Positions 51,462-61,591 of a stretch of DNA of 64,000 nucleotides are shown here, piece after piece. Position 1 is the stretch's first letter; the number at the start of each line of letters is the position of its first letter. Origin of the DNA: Oscillospiraceae bacterium (lineage in GTDB: Bacteria; Bacillota; Clostridia; Oscillospirales; Ruminococcaceae); the NCBI GenBank assembly GCA_017848115.1, contig JAGAKZ010000002.1, forward strand, positions 50,128-114,127, in the 5' to 3' direction. The position numbers and the translations under genes were made by a program. Under the pieces are notes generated by a model that did no database searches, was not told where the DNA came from, and saw nothing but the letters and a program-made list of their open reading frames with translations.

Positions 51462-53198
51462 TTATTTCTGTGGTCCGAGAACTACAGGATCTTTGCATAT
51501 GTACTGTTTAAAGTGAGCAAGATCTGAAAGATTTACACTGCCATCGCCGTTTACATCAGCTGCTTTTAAAGTGTTCCCTTCAAGAGTTGTATCTTTGAGA
51601 AGGTAGAGTGAAAGGAGTGTGAGATCGGAAAGATCTGCACTGCTGTCACCGTCAAGGTCACCATAGATGATCTTGTCAACATTTCCGACTGTTGTGGTTG
51701 TTGTTTTGCTGACTGTAGTTGTAGGCTTTTCTGTAGTAGTTTCTTTTGTTGTTGTAGTTGGTGCGGCAGTAGTTGTTACTGTAGTAGTAGCCGGTGGTGT
51801 TGATGCACCGCCATAGTATTCGGAAACAGATATTCCGTTTCCGGCAGCACCAAGAGGTCTCTGATGGTCAAGACTTATGAACTTTCCGTTTTCGTCCTGC
51901 CAGAGAGCAGGTTTTACAAGAGCGTATTTGTCAAGGTCCCATTTTCCAAAGTTATCGTATACAAGTCCGCCTGTATCACCGGAGTTTTCGTTGAAGCACC
52001 AGAATGTGTGGTGGATTCTGTTTTCTATCATATAATCTCTAAGAAGAGTCATCCATTTTGTATTTTTGCCGTCTGCATCATGTTCTTCGTCGATAAATCC
52101 GCCCCATTCACCCATAAGGAGAGGATAGTCTTCACCGAGATATGCCCATGTATCATACCAGTAGTCGTCAAGGAGTGTCTGTGTTGTAAAGTCCTTGTCA
52201 AACCATGTCTGATTCCATACGAGCGGACCATAGTCATGAGGTGAGTAAACAAGCTGATCCTGATGTTCACCAAGGTCTATAGGATGTTCCTTGGCACCAC
52301 GGAAGTTTCCGCCCCACCATGCACCATAATAAAATTCTGTCATTGTGGTGTAGTCAATACTTGGCGCTGTCCAGTCATAACCTTCCTTTGGATAAACTTC
52401 GTTTCCTTCTACCATGATAAGAAGTTCAGGATTTGCTTTCAGTACAGCGGCAGCTGCTGTTTCGGCAGCATATTTCCAGTTGTTTGGATCCTTGGAGTCA
52501 TCCCACTTTGCCATTAATTCAGGTACGTCAGCTTTTCCGTGAGGTTCATTTTTAAGGTCGATAGCTATGATAGTATCATCATCTTTGTAATAATCAGCAA
52601 ACCAGTTAAGTGCAGTACACCAGTCTTCAGTGCTGAACTTGTCTGTGTACCAGAGAGAAACCTGATGTCCTGCGGAAGCAGTTTCTGCAGAATGTATGTC
52701 TATCATGATCTTGATACCGTTTTCCTTACACCATGCAACAGCCTGATTCCATATATCAAAACTGTACATGATAGTACCACCCTCTACTTTTTCGAGAGTA
52801 AGTTCAGGATTACAATACTGATTTACCTTTGGTGTAGCCGGATCGGGATCGCCGTTTTTCCACTGAAGAAGCAGTTCAGTAGACATAGGAACACGAAGAA
52901 GATTGAATCCATGATCTGCGATCTGATTGAGCATTTCATGCATATTTTGTGACCATACGCCGTCAAATACCTGACTTCCGACATTGTAGCCGAACCAGTT
53001 ACAGCCTGTGAGCCATACAGGGTTTCCGTCCTTATCTACGATTTTATTGCCTTCACGGTGAAGCCAGTCATCATGACAATCGTCTACGGCTTTTACTACC
53101 TCAGTGTTGTTTGTGTTCTGATTTGTAGAGATGAGACCTGTTGATGCCACCATAATAAGTGCGGCAACAGTAGCAGTAAAGCGTTTAAATGATTTCAT
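51462..53198 (-). CDS. GH5 endoglucanase with Thr-rich linker and dockerin
   Basis: LTGCNWFG, DLKNEPH (acid/base), YSPHDYGP, MGEWGG (nucleophile); dockerin GDLDGD..ADVNGDG. Confidence 0.92.
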   Translation of the reverse strand: MKSFKRFTATVAALIMVASTGLISTNQNTNNTEVVKAVDDCHDDWLHREGNKIVDKDGNPVWLTGCNWFGYNVGSQVFDGVWSQNMHEMLNQIADHGFNLLRVPMSTELLLQWKNGDPDPATPKVNQYCNPELTLEKVEGGTIMYSFDIWNQAVAWCKENGIKIMIDIHSAETASAGHQVSLWYTDKFSTEDWCTALNWFADYYKDDDTIIAIDLKNEPHGKADVPELMAKWDDSKDPNNWKYAAETAAAAVLKANPELLIMVEGNEVYPKEGYDWTAPSIDYTTMTEFYYGAWWGGNFRGAKEHPIDLGEHQDQLVYSPHDYGPLVWNQTWFDKDFTTQTLLDDYWYDTWAYLGEDYPLLMGEWGGFIDEEHDADGKNTKWMTLLRDYMIENRIHHTFWCFNENSGDTGGLVYDNFGKWDLDKYALVKPALWQDENGKFISLDHQRPLGAAGNGISVSEYYGGASTPPATTTVTTTAAPTTTTKETTTEKPTTTVSKTTTTTVGNVDKIIYGDLDGDSSADLSDLTLLSLYLLKDTTLEGNTLKAADVNGDGSVNLSDLAHFKQYICKDPVVLGPQK

Positions 53199-53313
53199 TT
53201 TTATTCCTCCTGTTTTATAAAAAACGCAAATAACCATTATTACCTATATTAAATATTAACTTATTATCGGGCAAAAGTCAATAGCTATTTATATAGTTTG
53301 TATAAAAAATCAT

Positions 53314-54483
53314 TTATTTAAGGAAGTCAAGATTTTTTTTGATAAGTTCACAGCGTTGTTTTACACAATCAGCTGAGCGGAGAGGATCTGACGGTGTATT
53401 AAATGTATAATCCATAAGTTTTTCGATAGTGGTAGTAGCAACATGGAGTCTTGTGTCTGATGAGGCATAGTAAATAAATACATCGCCGTTTTCAGTTGCA
53501 ATAGCACCATTTGAAAATACAACATTTGATACGTCGCCAACTCTTTCTTCGGCAAGTGGAACAAGAAATACACCCGATGGTTCTGCGATAAGTTTTGAAG
53601 GATCGTCAAGAGCTGTTGCAAATACATAAAGTACATATCTGAGTCCTGCAGCAGTATTTCTTACACCATGAGCAATATGTATCCAGCCTTTAGGAGTTTT
53701 TATAGGTACTGCACCTGCACCGTTTTTACTTTCGGTGATCGTATGATATCTTCGTGGGCTTATTACTTTTTCCTCGGAAATCTGTGCATTTGTGATATCG
53801 TCAGCAAGTCCGAAACATACTCCGCCACCTGAGCCGGTTTGTATAAAACCATCTTGCGGTCTGGTATAAAAAGCATATTTTCCGTTTACAAATTCGGGGT
53901 GAAGAACAACATTTCTTTGTTGAGGCGAAACCGTTTTCAGATTAGGAAGACGCTCCCATGTTTTCAGGTCTTTTGTTCGTACTATACCGGCTGCCGCACA
54001 GGCTGCTGAAAGGTCATCGCTCTGAGTATCCTTACTTTCAGAACAAAAAACTCCGTATATAAATCCATCTTCATGCTTTGTAAGACGCATATCATAAACA
54101 TTTGTTTCATCGGGTTCTGTATCGGGAAGTATAACAGGATAATCCCAGAATTTAAAATTATCTATTCCATTATCGCTTTCGGCAACAGCAAAAAAAGACT
54201 TTCTGTCATTTCCTTCAACTCTGGCAACAAGATAAAACTTTCCATTAAGTTCAATTGCACCGGAATTCATAACAGCATTTATTCCGAGTCTTTCCATGAA
54301 AAAGGGGTTTGTTGACGGGTTTAGATCATACTTCCAGAAGAGCGGTATATGATTTCTTGTGAGAACCGGATTTTTGTATCGGGTATATATTCCATTATAA
54401 AAGTTAGTAGGTTCATTTTTTAGTTCTATAAGCTTGTTGTATTTATCAAGCTGTTCCTGATAATTCTTTTCAAATAAAGTCAT
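53314..54483 (-). CDS. GH130 4-O-beta-D-mannosyl-D-glucose phosphorylase-like
   Basis: [54 protein letters not shown]. Confidence 0.9.
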   Translation of the reverse strand: MTLFEKNYQEQLDKYNKLIELKNEPTNFYNGIYTRYKNPVLTRNHIPLFWKYDLNPSTNPFFMERLGINAVMNSGAIELNGKFYLVARVEGNDRKSFFAVAESDNGIDNFKFWDYPVILPDTEPDETNVYDMRLTKHEDGFIYGVFCSESKDTQSDDLSAACAAAGIVRTKDLKTWERLPNLKTVSPQQRNVVLHPEFVNGKYAFYTRPQDGFIQTGSGGGVCFGLADDITNAQISEEKVISPRRYHTITESKNGAGAVPIKTPKGWIHIAHGVRNTAAGLRYVLYVFATALDDPSKLIAEPSGVFLVPLAEERVGDVSNVVFSNGAIATENGDVFIYYASSDTRLHVATTTIEKLMDYTFNTPSDPLRSADCVKQRCELIKKNLDFLK

Positions 54484-54620
54484 TTAAAAAACTCCTTAAA
54501 TTTATTTATTAAAGTTATAATTTAATTGTATCATAAAATTATAAATCTTTCAATAGTCAATATAAAAAAATGAAAAATAAAAATATAAAGAAAAATAAAG
54601 AAAATTTTCATGAATATTGT

Positions 54621-54664
54621 AAAAAATGAGTTGACTACCATTTTTGATATACAACTCATTTTTT
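54621..54664 (-). terminator. terminator of the diguanylate cyclase gene
   Basis: AAAAAATGAGTTG...CAACTCATTTTTT. Confidence 0.65.
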
Positions 54665-54682
54665 ATAAAATAAATTTGTTTT

Positions 54683-56413
54683 TTAAATTTCGGATGTTTT
54701 CATACTTTGCATTGACTTCATAACCTTCTTATGCTCATACATTCTCTCATCAGCAAGTTTATACACGCTTTCTATATTTTTATCTTCAACATCACTATAT
54801 GTGGCATATCCATAAGCAATAGATACATATAAGTCTTCTGTTTTTGCATTTATCTCATCAAGAATATTTTTAAATGAGTTGATAAGAGTATTTATAGCGT
54901 CTGTTTTATCAGTATGAAGAATAACTATAAATTCGTCACCGCCCATTCGTCCGACGATACCTGTCTTAAAAGCTTTTGAAATGACGTCAGCTGCACTTTT
55001 AATGAGTATGTCACCTTTGGCGTGGCCGTAGGTGTCATTTATTTGTTTGAGATTGTTTACGTCAAGAGATATTATAGAATATTCCTGATTATTGTCCTCC
55101 TGAAGTTTATCCATATACTCCGAGCAGAAACGTCGGTTGTTTATCTGAGTAAGTTCATCGGTGTAGGCACGTTTTATCAGGAGTTCTTTTTCCTGCTGTT
55201 CCATTTTTCTGAGAGTGATATCGTTATACAGGTCAAGAAGAAGAATACAGATAAATGTGATGATTCCGAAAACGGAGATACCTTCTATATTCAGGAGTTT
55301 GTGTCCGTTGTATCTTGTAACGATATATGTAATCAGATCATATACAACGCTTACAAGAAATATGGCTATGCCTATATTATAAATAATTTTCTGACGTTTA
55401 ACATATTTATCGGTTGAATGAAGTACATAGGAAAAGAAGCAGATATGGATGATAAAAAGTGTGTAGTGAAATGTGATCATCTCATATATGTGTGCAATAT
55501 TGACAGCGTGTAGTGCGATTATTCCTATTGAAATGATAAATTGAGCAATATTCAGTCCTCTGTATATTGTAGTGATTTTTTTATTGTCAAGCTGTTTTAT
55601 GTAAATATTCATATAGGCAAGGATAAGCAGGGGAGCGATAAGTATTGATACATTTTCGATGAGGGAAGTTGTGTGGATCTCAACGGAAAAAAGTTCAAAC
55701 ATATTATTATAGCTCATTGTCCACAATCCCATACATATAGAAAATAAAGAAATCAGAAGTATATCTATATGAAGCAAAGTTTTTGAAGTTACAAAAAGAA
55801 GCAGAATAGTCAGAATAAGACCAAATACTATAAGAAAAGAACTTGCCAGAAAGGCTAATCGGTTTTCTGCAAGTATAAAACGATATGAGTCTTTCCATTC
55901 GCTTATCCATATGTTATCAATATTTGAAAAAGCATTGTTTTCTGTAACTTCCATAGTTATTTTCAGTTCATGGTTATGAAAATCCTGCGGAAGTGATACT
56001 ATCTGAAATCCGCTTCCGATAGGACGGTTGTCAGAATAACGTTCGTGTCCGAATTCAAAAAACAGCTGATTGTCAATACAGGCATTTACAGTTGATTGTG
56101 AAACAGGAATATATATTGATGGCGATTGCAGTTTTGGTGGGTCGGTAAGAGTGGTACTGAGAGTGATTGTATCGCCTTTTGAAACAGATTTAAAACGGAA
56201 AGAGTCAAGCTCAACGTTATCGTACTGCTTATTATTTATAGAAACATTCCAGTTTGCAGGAATGTATTTTTCTGAAAGAGTTTTACCGGTTATATAGTCA
56301 AGTAAAAACAGAACCAGTGCAAGACTCAATAAAGAATAAATAAACCATACGGTTCTGAAATTTTTTTTATTGAGCATTTTTGTAAGTGTATTCAATGTAG
56401 TACGCACCTCCAA
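54683..56413 (-). CDS. membrane-bound diguanylate cyclase (extracellular domain + about 7 TM + GGDEF)
   Basis: DELTQINNRR, LKQINDTYGH..GD, RMGGDEF intact. True start may be slightly downstream. Confidence 0.88.
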   Translation of the reverse strand: MEVRTTLNTLTKMLNKKNFRTVWFIYSLLSLALVLFLLDYITGKTLSEKYIPANWNVSINNKQYDNVELDSFRFKSVSKGDTITLSTTLTDPPKLQSPSIYIPVSQSTVNACIDNQLFFEFGHERYSDNRPIGSGFQIVSLPQDFHNHELKITMEVTENNAFSNIDNIWISEWKDSYRFILAENRLAFLASSFLIVFGLILTILLLFVTSKTLLHIDILLISLFSICMGLWTMSYNNMFELFSVEIHTTSLIENVSILIAPLLILAYMNIYIKQLDNKKITTIYRGLNIAQFIISIGIIALHAVNIAHIYEMITFHYTLFIIHICFFSYVLHSTDKYVKRQKIIYNIGIAIFLVSVVYDLITYIVTRYNGHKLLNIEGISVFGIITFICILLLDLYNDITLRKMEQQEKELLIKRAYTDELTQINNRRFCSEYMDKLQEDNNQEYSIISLDVNNLKQINDTYGHAKGDILIKSAADVISKAFKTGIVGRMGGDEFIVILHTDKTDAINTLINSFKNILDEINAKTEDLYVSIAYGYATYSDVEDKNIESVYKLADERMYEHKKVMKSMQSMKTSEI

Positions 56414-56568
56414 ATGTGTATTAGTTATTATGATGAAAAAATTGCATGTTTGCTATAAATATTATAACATATTTCTATAATTGAAATCAATGAAATTTTA
56501 GTTGTTTTAAATAATTTTATTAAAAATATTTACAAACTATTGTTTACAATTTATTAATTTTCTTGGTA

Positions 56569-56597
56569 TTGACAGTGAATATTTCGGGTGATATACT
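56569..56597 (+). promoter_or_regulatory. sigmaA promoter of the GH43 gene
   Basis: TTGACA-N17-TATACT with TGn. Confidence 0.75.
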
Positions 56598-56663
56598 GTA
56601 TTTAAGTAATTTAATTTACTTATGGTTAGGTTAGTGAAATTTTGAAATGGAGGAACATTTTGT

Positions 56664-59042
56664 ATGTGTGAAATGAAAAGGAAAATTAAAAAAGCATTGT
56701 ATGCTGTAACGGCAGCAACGATAATGATGAGTTCACCGGGAATATTGGTAAACAATCACAATGCTGTTATGGCTCTTGAAACAGGGCAGATCTCAAATCC
56801 TGTGATATGGGCAGATGTACCAGATCCTGATATTATCAGAGTAGGTGATACATATTATATGGTAAGTACTACGATGTATTTTACTCCTGGCGCACCTATC
56901 ATGAAATCAAAAGACCTTGTATCATGGGAGATATGTTCTTATGTATATGATACTCTTGCAGACGGAGCAAAACAGACGCTTACAGGCGGAGAACATGACT
57001 ATGCACATGGTTCGTGGGCAGCAAGTCTCAGATATCATAAAGGTACGTTCTATGTATTTTTCGGAAGTTATGGGACAGGTAAGTCATATATTTATAAAAC
57101 AACCGATATCGAGAGCGGTAAATGGACAAGAAGTGAGATAAGTGGTATGTATCACGACGCTTCTATGCTTTTTGATGATGATGGAAGAAATTATCTTGTA
57201 TACGGCGGTGGAGGAGATATCAAAATAAAGGAACTCAACTCCGAAATGACAGGATTTGCATCAGGAGCAAAGGAACGTTCACTGTTCAAAACAGGTCTTA
57301 CCGGCCTTAGCGGTGAAGGCGCTCATGTCCAGAAGATAAATGGCTGGTACTATGTATTTATCATAGCATGGCCAAACTCAAGCAGACGTATAGAACTTTG
57401 TTACAGAAGTAAAAGCCTTACAGGAAATTTCGAAGGAAAAACCGTTCTTGACTCAGGGCTCGGAACATACGGAGCAGGTGTAGCTCAGGGCGGGATAGTA
57501 CAGACGACTGACGGTGACTGGTACGGACTTCTTTTTCAGGATCATGGTTCAGTAGGACGTATTCCTGTGCTTGTTCCTGTAACATGGCAAAATGACTGGC
57601 CGATGATGGGAGTAAACGGGAAAGCGCCTGTTTTACTCAATGTACCCGGAAGTCATACCGGTACTGCACTCGCAAAAGATGATGAATTTAATTATTCGGC
57701 AAATAAACTTATGCTCGAATGGCAATGGAATCATAATCCTGATAATCGTTACTGGTCTGTTACGGATAATCCGGGATATTTAAGACTTGTAAACGGTTAC
57801 ACTGCTAAAAGCATAGTTCATGCACGAAATACACTTACACAAAGAACAGAAGGCCCTGCTTGTTCAGCTGTAATCAAGATGGACGTTTCACACATGAAAC
57901 CCGGAGATTGTGCCGGACTTTCGGCATTTCAGTATAACTACGGAAATGTAGGTGTTCGTGTAACAGACAGCGGTGAAAAGAAAATATATATGGCTACAAA
58001 TGGTGCATATGGCGGTTCGGATATCATGGCAAGCTATGATAAGATAGCAGAAGAAGTACCACTTAGCGGAAATACTGTTTATCTTAAAACAGACTATAAA
58101 TTCAATAATGTTGATTCAGGTTATAATGTATCAAATAATATTGATAAAGTGAATTTTTACTACTCTCTTGATGGTTCTTCGTGGAATAAAATAGGTAAGG
58201 AACTTGGCATGACATATGATCTCAAATTCTTTACAGGTTACAGAAATGCGATTTACAGCTATGGTACAAAGAGTACAGGGGGATATGTTGATGTCGATTA
58301 TTTTGACTATGAGCGTGACGAATGGAATCCGCCTTCAGTAATAGAGCCAGATGAAAACGGATATTATTTTCATGACAGTTTTGACGGAAATATGGGGAAA
58401 TGGTCCGCAAGAGGCAGTTGCGTACTGGAGATAAGTGAAGAAACCACATACAGTGGTAAAGGAGCGCTTTATGTATCGGAACGTACATCGGCGTGGAACG
58501 GAGCAATGAAAAAACTGAGTACAGCAGAGTTTAATCCCGGCAAAGAATATGCTTTCAGTGCTTGTTTCAAAAATCTTGACGGATCTGCACAGACAGAGTA
58601 CAAACTGACTCTCCAGTATGATGATGAGAGCGGAGAAACTAACTATCTTGGTATAGATCAGAAAACAACAATAAGAGGAGAATACGTTCAGCTGTACAAT
58701 CCTAAGTTTAAAATTCCTGAGGGAGCCACAAATCTTGTTTTAGTTGCGGAAACGACACAGGAAATCTGTAACTTTTATGTAGATGAGATAATCGGTGCAG
58801 TAGCAGGAACAGAAATAAAAGGTTCTGACGCTATAACACTCAAACGTGGCGATATTGATAATGACGGAAGGATAACAGTAGCAGATATGGTGCTTATCAG
58901 GAACGGACTGGTTGATGGTTTTGAAAATGACAGTGCCAAATATACGGCTGATGTAAATTCTGATACATTGAATGATATATCGGACGCAGTGCTTCTGAAA
59001 GAATATCTGCTTGGAATGATAACAGACTTTCCGATTGCATAG
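56664..59042 (+). CDS. GH43 xylosidase/arabinofuranosidase + CBM22(4_9)-like module + dockerin
   Basis: PDPDIIRVGD, WAASLRYH, HDASMLFDDDG, EGAH, QWNHNP; ERTSAWNG..FYVDE CBM; GDIDNDG..ADVNSD. Confidence 0.9.
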   Translation: MCEMKRKIKKALYAVTAATIMMSSPGILVNNHNAVMALETGQISNPVIWADVPDPDIIRVGDTYYMVSTTMYFTPGAPIMKSKDLVSWEICSYVYDTLADGAKQTLTGGEHDYAHGSWAASLRYHKGTFYVFFGSYGTGKSYIYKTTDIESGKWTRSEISGMYHDASMLFDDDGRNYLVYGGGGDIKIKELNSEMTGFASGAKERSLFKTGLTGLSGEGAHVQKINGWYYVFIIAWPNSSRRIELCYRSKSLTGNFEGKTVLDSGLGTYGAGVAQGGIVQTTDGDWYGLLFQDHGSVGRIPVLVPVTWQNDWPMMGVNGKAPVLLNVPGSHTGTALAKDDEFNYSANKLMLEWQWNHNPDNRYWSVTDNPGYLRLVNGYTAKSIVHARNTLTQRTEGPACSAVIKMDVSHMKPGDCAGLSAFQYNYGNVGVRVTDSGEKKIYMATNGAYGGSDIMASYDKIAEEVPLSGNTVYLKTDYKFNNVDSGYNVSNNIDKVNFYYSLDGSSWNKIGKELGMTYDLKFFTGYRNAIYSYGTKSTGGYVDVDYFDYERDEWNPPSVIEPDENGYYFHDSFDGNMGKWSARGSCVLEISEETTYSGKGALYVSERTSAWNGAMKKLSTAEFNPGKEYAFSACFKNLDGSAQTEYKLTLQYDDESGETNYLGIDQKTTIRGEYVQLYNPKFKIPEGATNLVLVAETTQEICNFYVDEIIGAVAGTEIKGSDAITLKRGDIDNDGRITVADMVLIRNGLVDGFENDSAKYTADVNSDTLNDISDAVLLKEYLLGMITDFPIA

Positions 59043-59055
59043 ATTTGATTTATAT

Positions 59056-59090
59056 AAAAAAACGGCAGAACTGAGTTCTGCCATTTTTTT
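59056..59090. terminator. bidirectional terminator
   Basis: GGCAGAAC-TGA-GTTCTGCC flanked by A and T tracts. Confidence 0.75.
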
Positions 59091-59094
59091 ATAA

Positions 59095-59655
59095 TTATGA
59101 TTTTTGTTTTTTCTTCTTTTTATACCTGTCTTCTTCACTGAATATGCAACCGCAATATTTTTGCATATACAGACCAAGTTCACGAGCTTTATCCTGTCCT
59201 TCATGAAATCCTGTACGAAAGTCATAATAAGAAAATTTTACATTGTATTTATCGGCCATTTTCAGAGCTGTTTCGCATATAAGGTCGTGGTTCTGATAAG
59301 GACTGACAAGAAGTGTTGTGGTAAAACTGTCAAATCCGTTTTCAGAGGCATATTTTGCAGTTTCTTCAAGTCGTACATTGTAGCAGTAGGAGCATCTCTT
59401 GTCAAATTCAGGATAAACATTTGTGATAAAGCTTCGCAGGCCGTATTCATTTTCTACAACAAGTTTCAGATCTATTGATTTTGCGTATTCTACAAGTGTG
59501 TTTTTACGCATTTTATATTCTGTAAAAGGGTGTATGTTCGGATTGTACCAGAAGCCGACCGGCTCGATATTTTCTGAGCGCACTTTATCGACACAGTAAA
59601 CCGAACAAGGTGCACAGCATATGTGCATAAGGAGTTTTTGTTTGTTTTCTTCCAT
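59095..59655 (-). CDS. queH: epoxyqueuosine reductase QueH (DUF208)
   Basis: LLMHICCAPC, YNPNIHP, RCSYCY, YMQKYCGCIFS. Confidence 0.9.
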   Translation of the reverse strand: MEENKQKLLMHICCAPCSVYCVDKVRSENIEPVGFWYNPNIHPFTEYKMRKNTLVEYAKSIDLKLVVENEYGLRSFITNVYPEFDKRCSYCYNVRLEETAKYASENGFDSFTTTLLVSPYQNHDLICETALKMADKYNVKFSYYDFRTGFHEGQDKARELGLYMQKYCGCIFSEEDRYKKKKKQKS

Positions 59656-59660
59656 AAGTT

Positions 59661-60203
59661 TTAAACAGTTTCTTCTCTGAGAATACTGCCGTTTAGCTCC
59701 TTCCATGTAAATTTATTGTTTTCAAGTATCATGTACTGATGCTTTGAGTTTTCTTTTGGTATGGAAACAGATCCGGGATTTATGTATATTATACCGTTTG
59801 TTTCACGGTACGCAGGTATATGCGTATGACCGTTCAGAAGTATATCACCCTTGCAGAGCGGTGGGAGAGTCTGTTCGTTGAATTTGTGACCATGCGTTGC
59901 AAATATTGTTCTGTTGTCAAGCCATAAAATGCAGTATTCTGCAAGAACAGGGAAGTCAAGCACCATCTGGTCTACTTCGGTGTCACAGTTTCCACGTACA
60001 CAGAGAAGTTTTTCTTTTAGTGGATTTAAAAGTTCGATAACTTTTTTGGGTGCGTATTCTTCAGGGAGGTCATTTCTCGGACCGTGATAAAGTATATCTC
60101 CGAGGATAAGAAGTTTATCGGGATTTTCCTTTTCAAAAGCTTCTGTGAGCATACGGCAGTATTTTGCCGATCCGTGAATGTCGGATGCTATCATAAGTTT
60201 CAT
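59661..60203 (-). CDS. yfcE: YfcE-like metallophosphodiesterase
   Basis: ASDIHG, GDILYHGPRN, VRGNCD, THGH, GHTH, NPGS. Confidence 0.88.
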   Translation of the reverse strand: MKLMIASDIHGSAKYCRMLTEAFEKENPDKLLILGDILYHGPRNDLPEEYAPKKVIELLNPLKEKLLCVRGNCDTEVDQMVLDFPVLAEYCILWLDNRTIFATHGHKFNEQTLPPLCKGDILLNGHTHIPAYRETNGIIYINPGSVSIPKENSKHQYMILENNKFTWKELNGSILREETV

Positions 60204-60225
60204 ATTTATATTCTTCACTTTCGTT

Positions 60226-60957
60226 TTATTGTTTTTTTACAAGTTTTTTAAGTTTGTTGTAGACAGCAGAGCCATTTTGCTGGCCAAATTCTGCGACGAG
60301 ATTTTTGTGAAAATCCTGTCTGTTATTATTTTCAAGATTGTGGTTTATAAACTTATAAACATTTACGCCTTCCTGATTACCGAGTCTGGCTTTAAGATGT
60401 TTTTGCAAACTGGTCTTGCTGAAGGTGGAGTCAAGTGTAGTTATTGCATCAGCTATATCTTCAGGGGCAGCGTGGATTTCGTTTTTTATCTGACTTGCAT
60501 TTATCAGATTTCTTATGTCTTCATCAATTTCGATTGAGGTTATAACAGCTTCCTCTGATATTTTGTCTGATTCTTCTGTAATCGGAACAAAGATCGCAAC
60601 CTGTCTTATGATTGAAATATCATATTCTGTTTCTTCAAATTTGTTTTTCCAGAATTTTATTACATGTTCAAAACCGTTATCTTTACTTATTATATAAAAA
60701 TTTTTGTCTTCACTTTGAGTTATAAGAAATCCGAGATATGTGGAAAGTTGAAAATCAAGTGCATTTTTTCCGCCTGTAGAAATTGCAAAGTATTCAAAAT
60801 GTGCAGGACTTTTGCATATACAACGATGCATTTCCATGGATAATTTGTTTGAGTTTGCACTGTAAAAAATTATTACAGTATCATTTTCACTAAGCTGTTG
60901 TGTTCCATTAAGCCCGTCAGAACCTACGTTTTCAAAGTCGATTAAATATGTAGCCAT
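60226..60957 (-). CDS. PIN-like domain protein
   Basis: LIDFENV, GKNALDFQL, IISKDNGF. Confidence 0.78.
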   Translation of the reverse strand: MATYLIDFENVGSDGLNGTQQLSENDTVIIFYSANSNKLSMEMHRCICKSPAHFEYFAISTGGKNALDFQLSTYLGFLITQSEDKNFYIISKDNGFEHVIKFWKNKFEETEYDISIIRQVAIFVPITEESDKISEEAVITSIEIDEDIRNLINASQIKNEIHAAPEDIADAITTLDSTFSKTSLQKHLKARLGNQEGVNVYKFINHNLENNNRQDFHKNLVAEFGQQNGSAVYNKLKKLVKKQ

Positions 60958-60990
60958 TTTTTATATCCCCTTTAATGTAAAATATAGTGT

Positions 60991-61572
60991 CTATAATTCA
61001 ATATCATTAAAATCATCAATACTAAATTCTGATTCATTTAAAACTAACGGATCGTGAGAACCTGCTGAAATCATCTGATCAACAGGCCATTTTGACATGA
61101 TATCATCATTACAGGTTGCAGTTACCATAATGTCGTATTCGTCAAAAAGTCCGCCATAATAATTTTCACCGGCAGGTGCATATTTGTCAGGCATTTGTTT
61201 TACTGCTTCTTCGTTAAGCATAACGATGCAGTCATTTATCCACCATAAAAAATGTTCTTCGGTCTCCGGACGTTCTTCTGATATAAGAATTACGTTGAAA
61301 AAATTATTTTCCTCTGTGGGAAGCTCTATAGAAATATCCATTGGCGGATAATCATCGCCAAGAAGGATTTGTTTTACATTATCTGCACATTTTCTGAAGT
61401 CTAGTTGCTTGTTTGGATCGTTTACAATACCATTGCCGCCTTTTTGAGGTTCTTCGGTTATAGCAACATCGCTGTTTACTACTGTTTTAGTCTTTTCTTC
61501 TTTGTCGCAACCTGTAAAAAAGGAAAGTGTTGCAAGTAAACAAGTAATTGTGAAAAAAATTTTTTTCGACAT
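60991..61572 (-). CDS. hypothetical lipoprotein
   Basis: Signal peptide ending in FTGC lipobox. Confidence 0.7.
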   Translation of the reverse strand: MSKKIFFTITCLLATLSFFTGCDKEEKTKTVVNSDVAITEEPQKGGNGIVNDPNKQLDFRKCADNVKQILLGDDYPPMDISIELPTEENNFFNVILISEERPETEEHFLWWINDCIVMLNEEAVKQMPDKYAPAGENYYGGLFDEYDIMVTATCNDDIMSKWPVDQMISAGSHDPLVLNESEFSIDDFNDIEL

Positions 61573-61591
61573 ATTTTTACTCCTTTTAATA

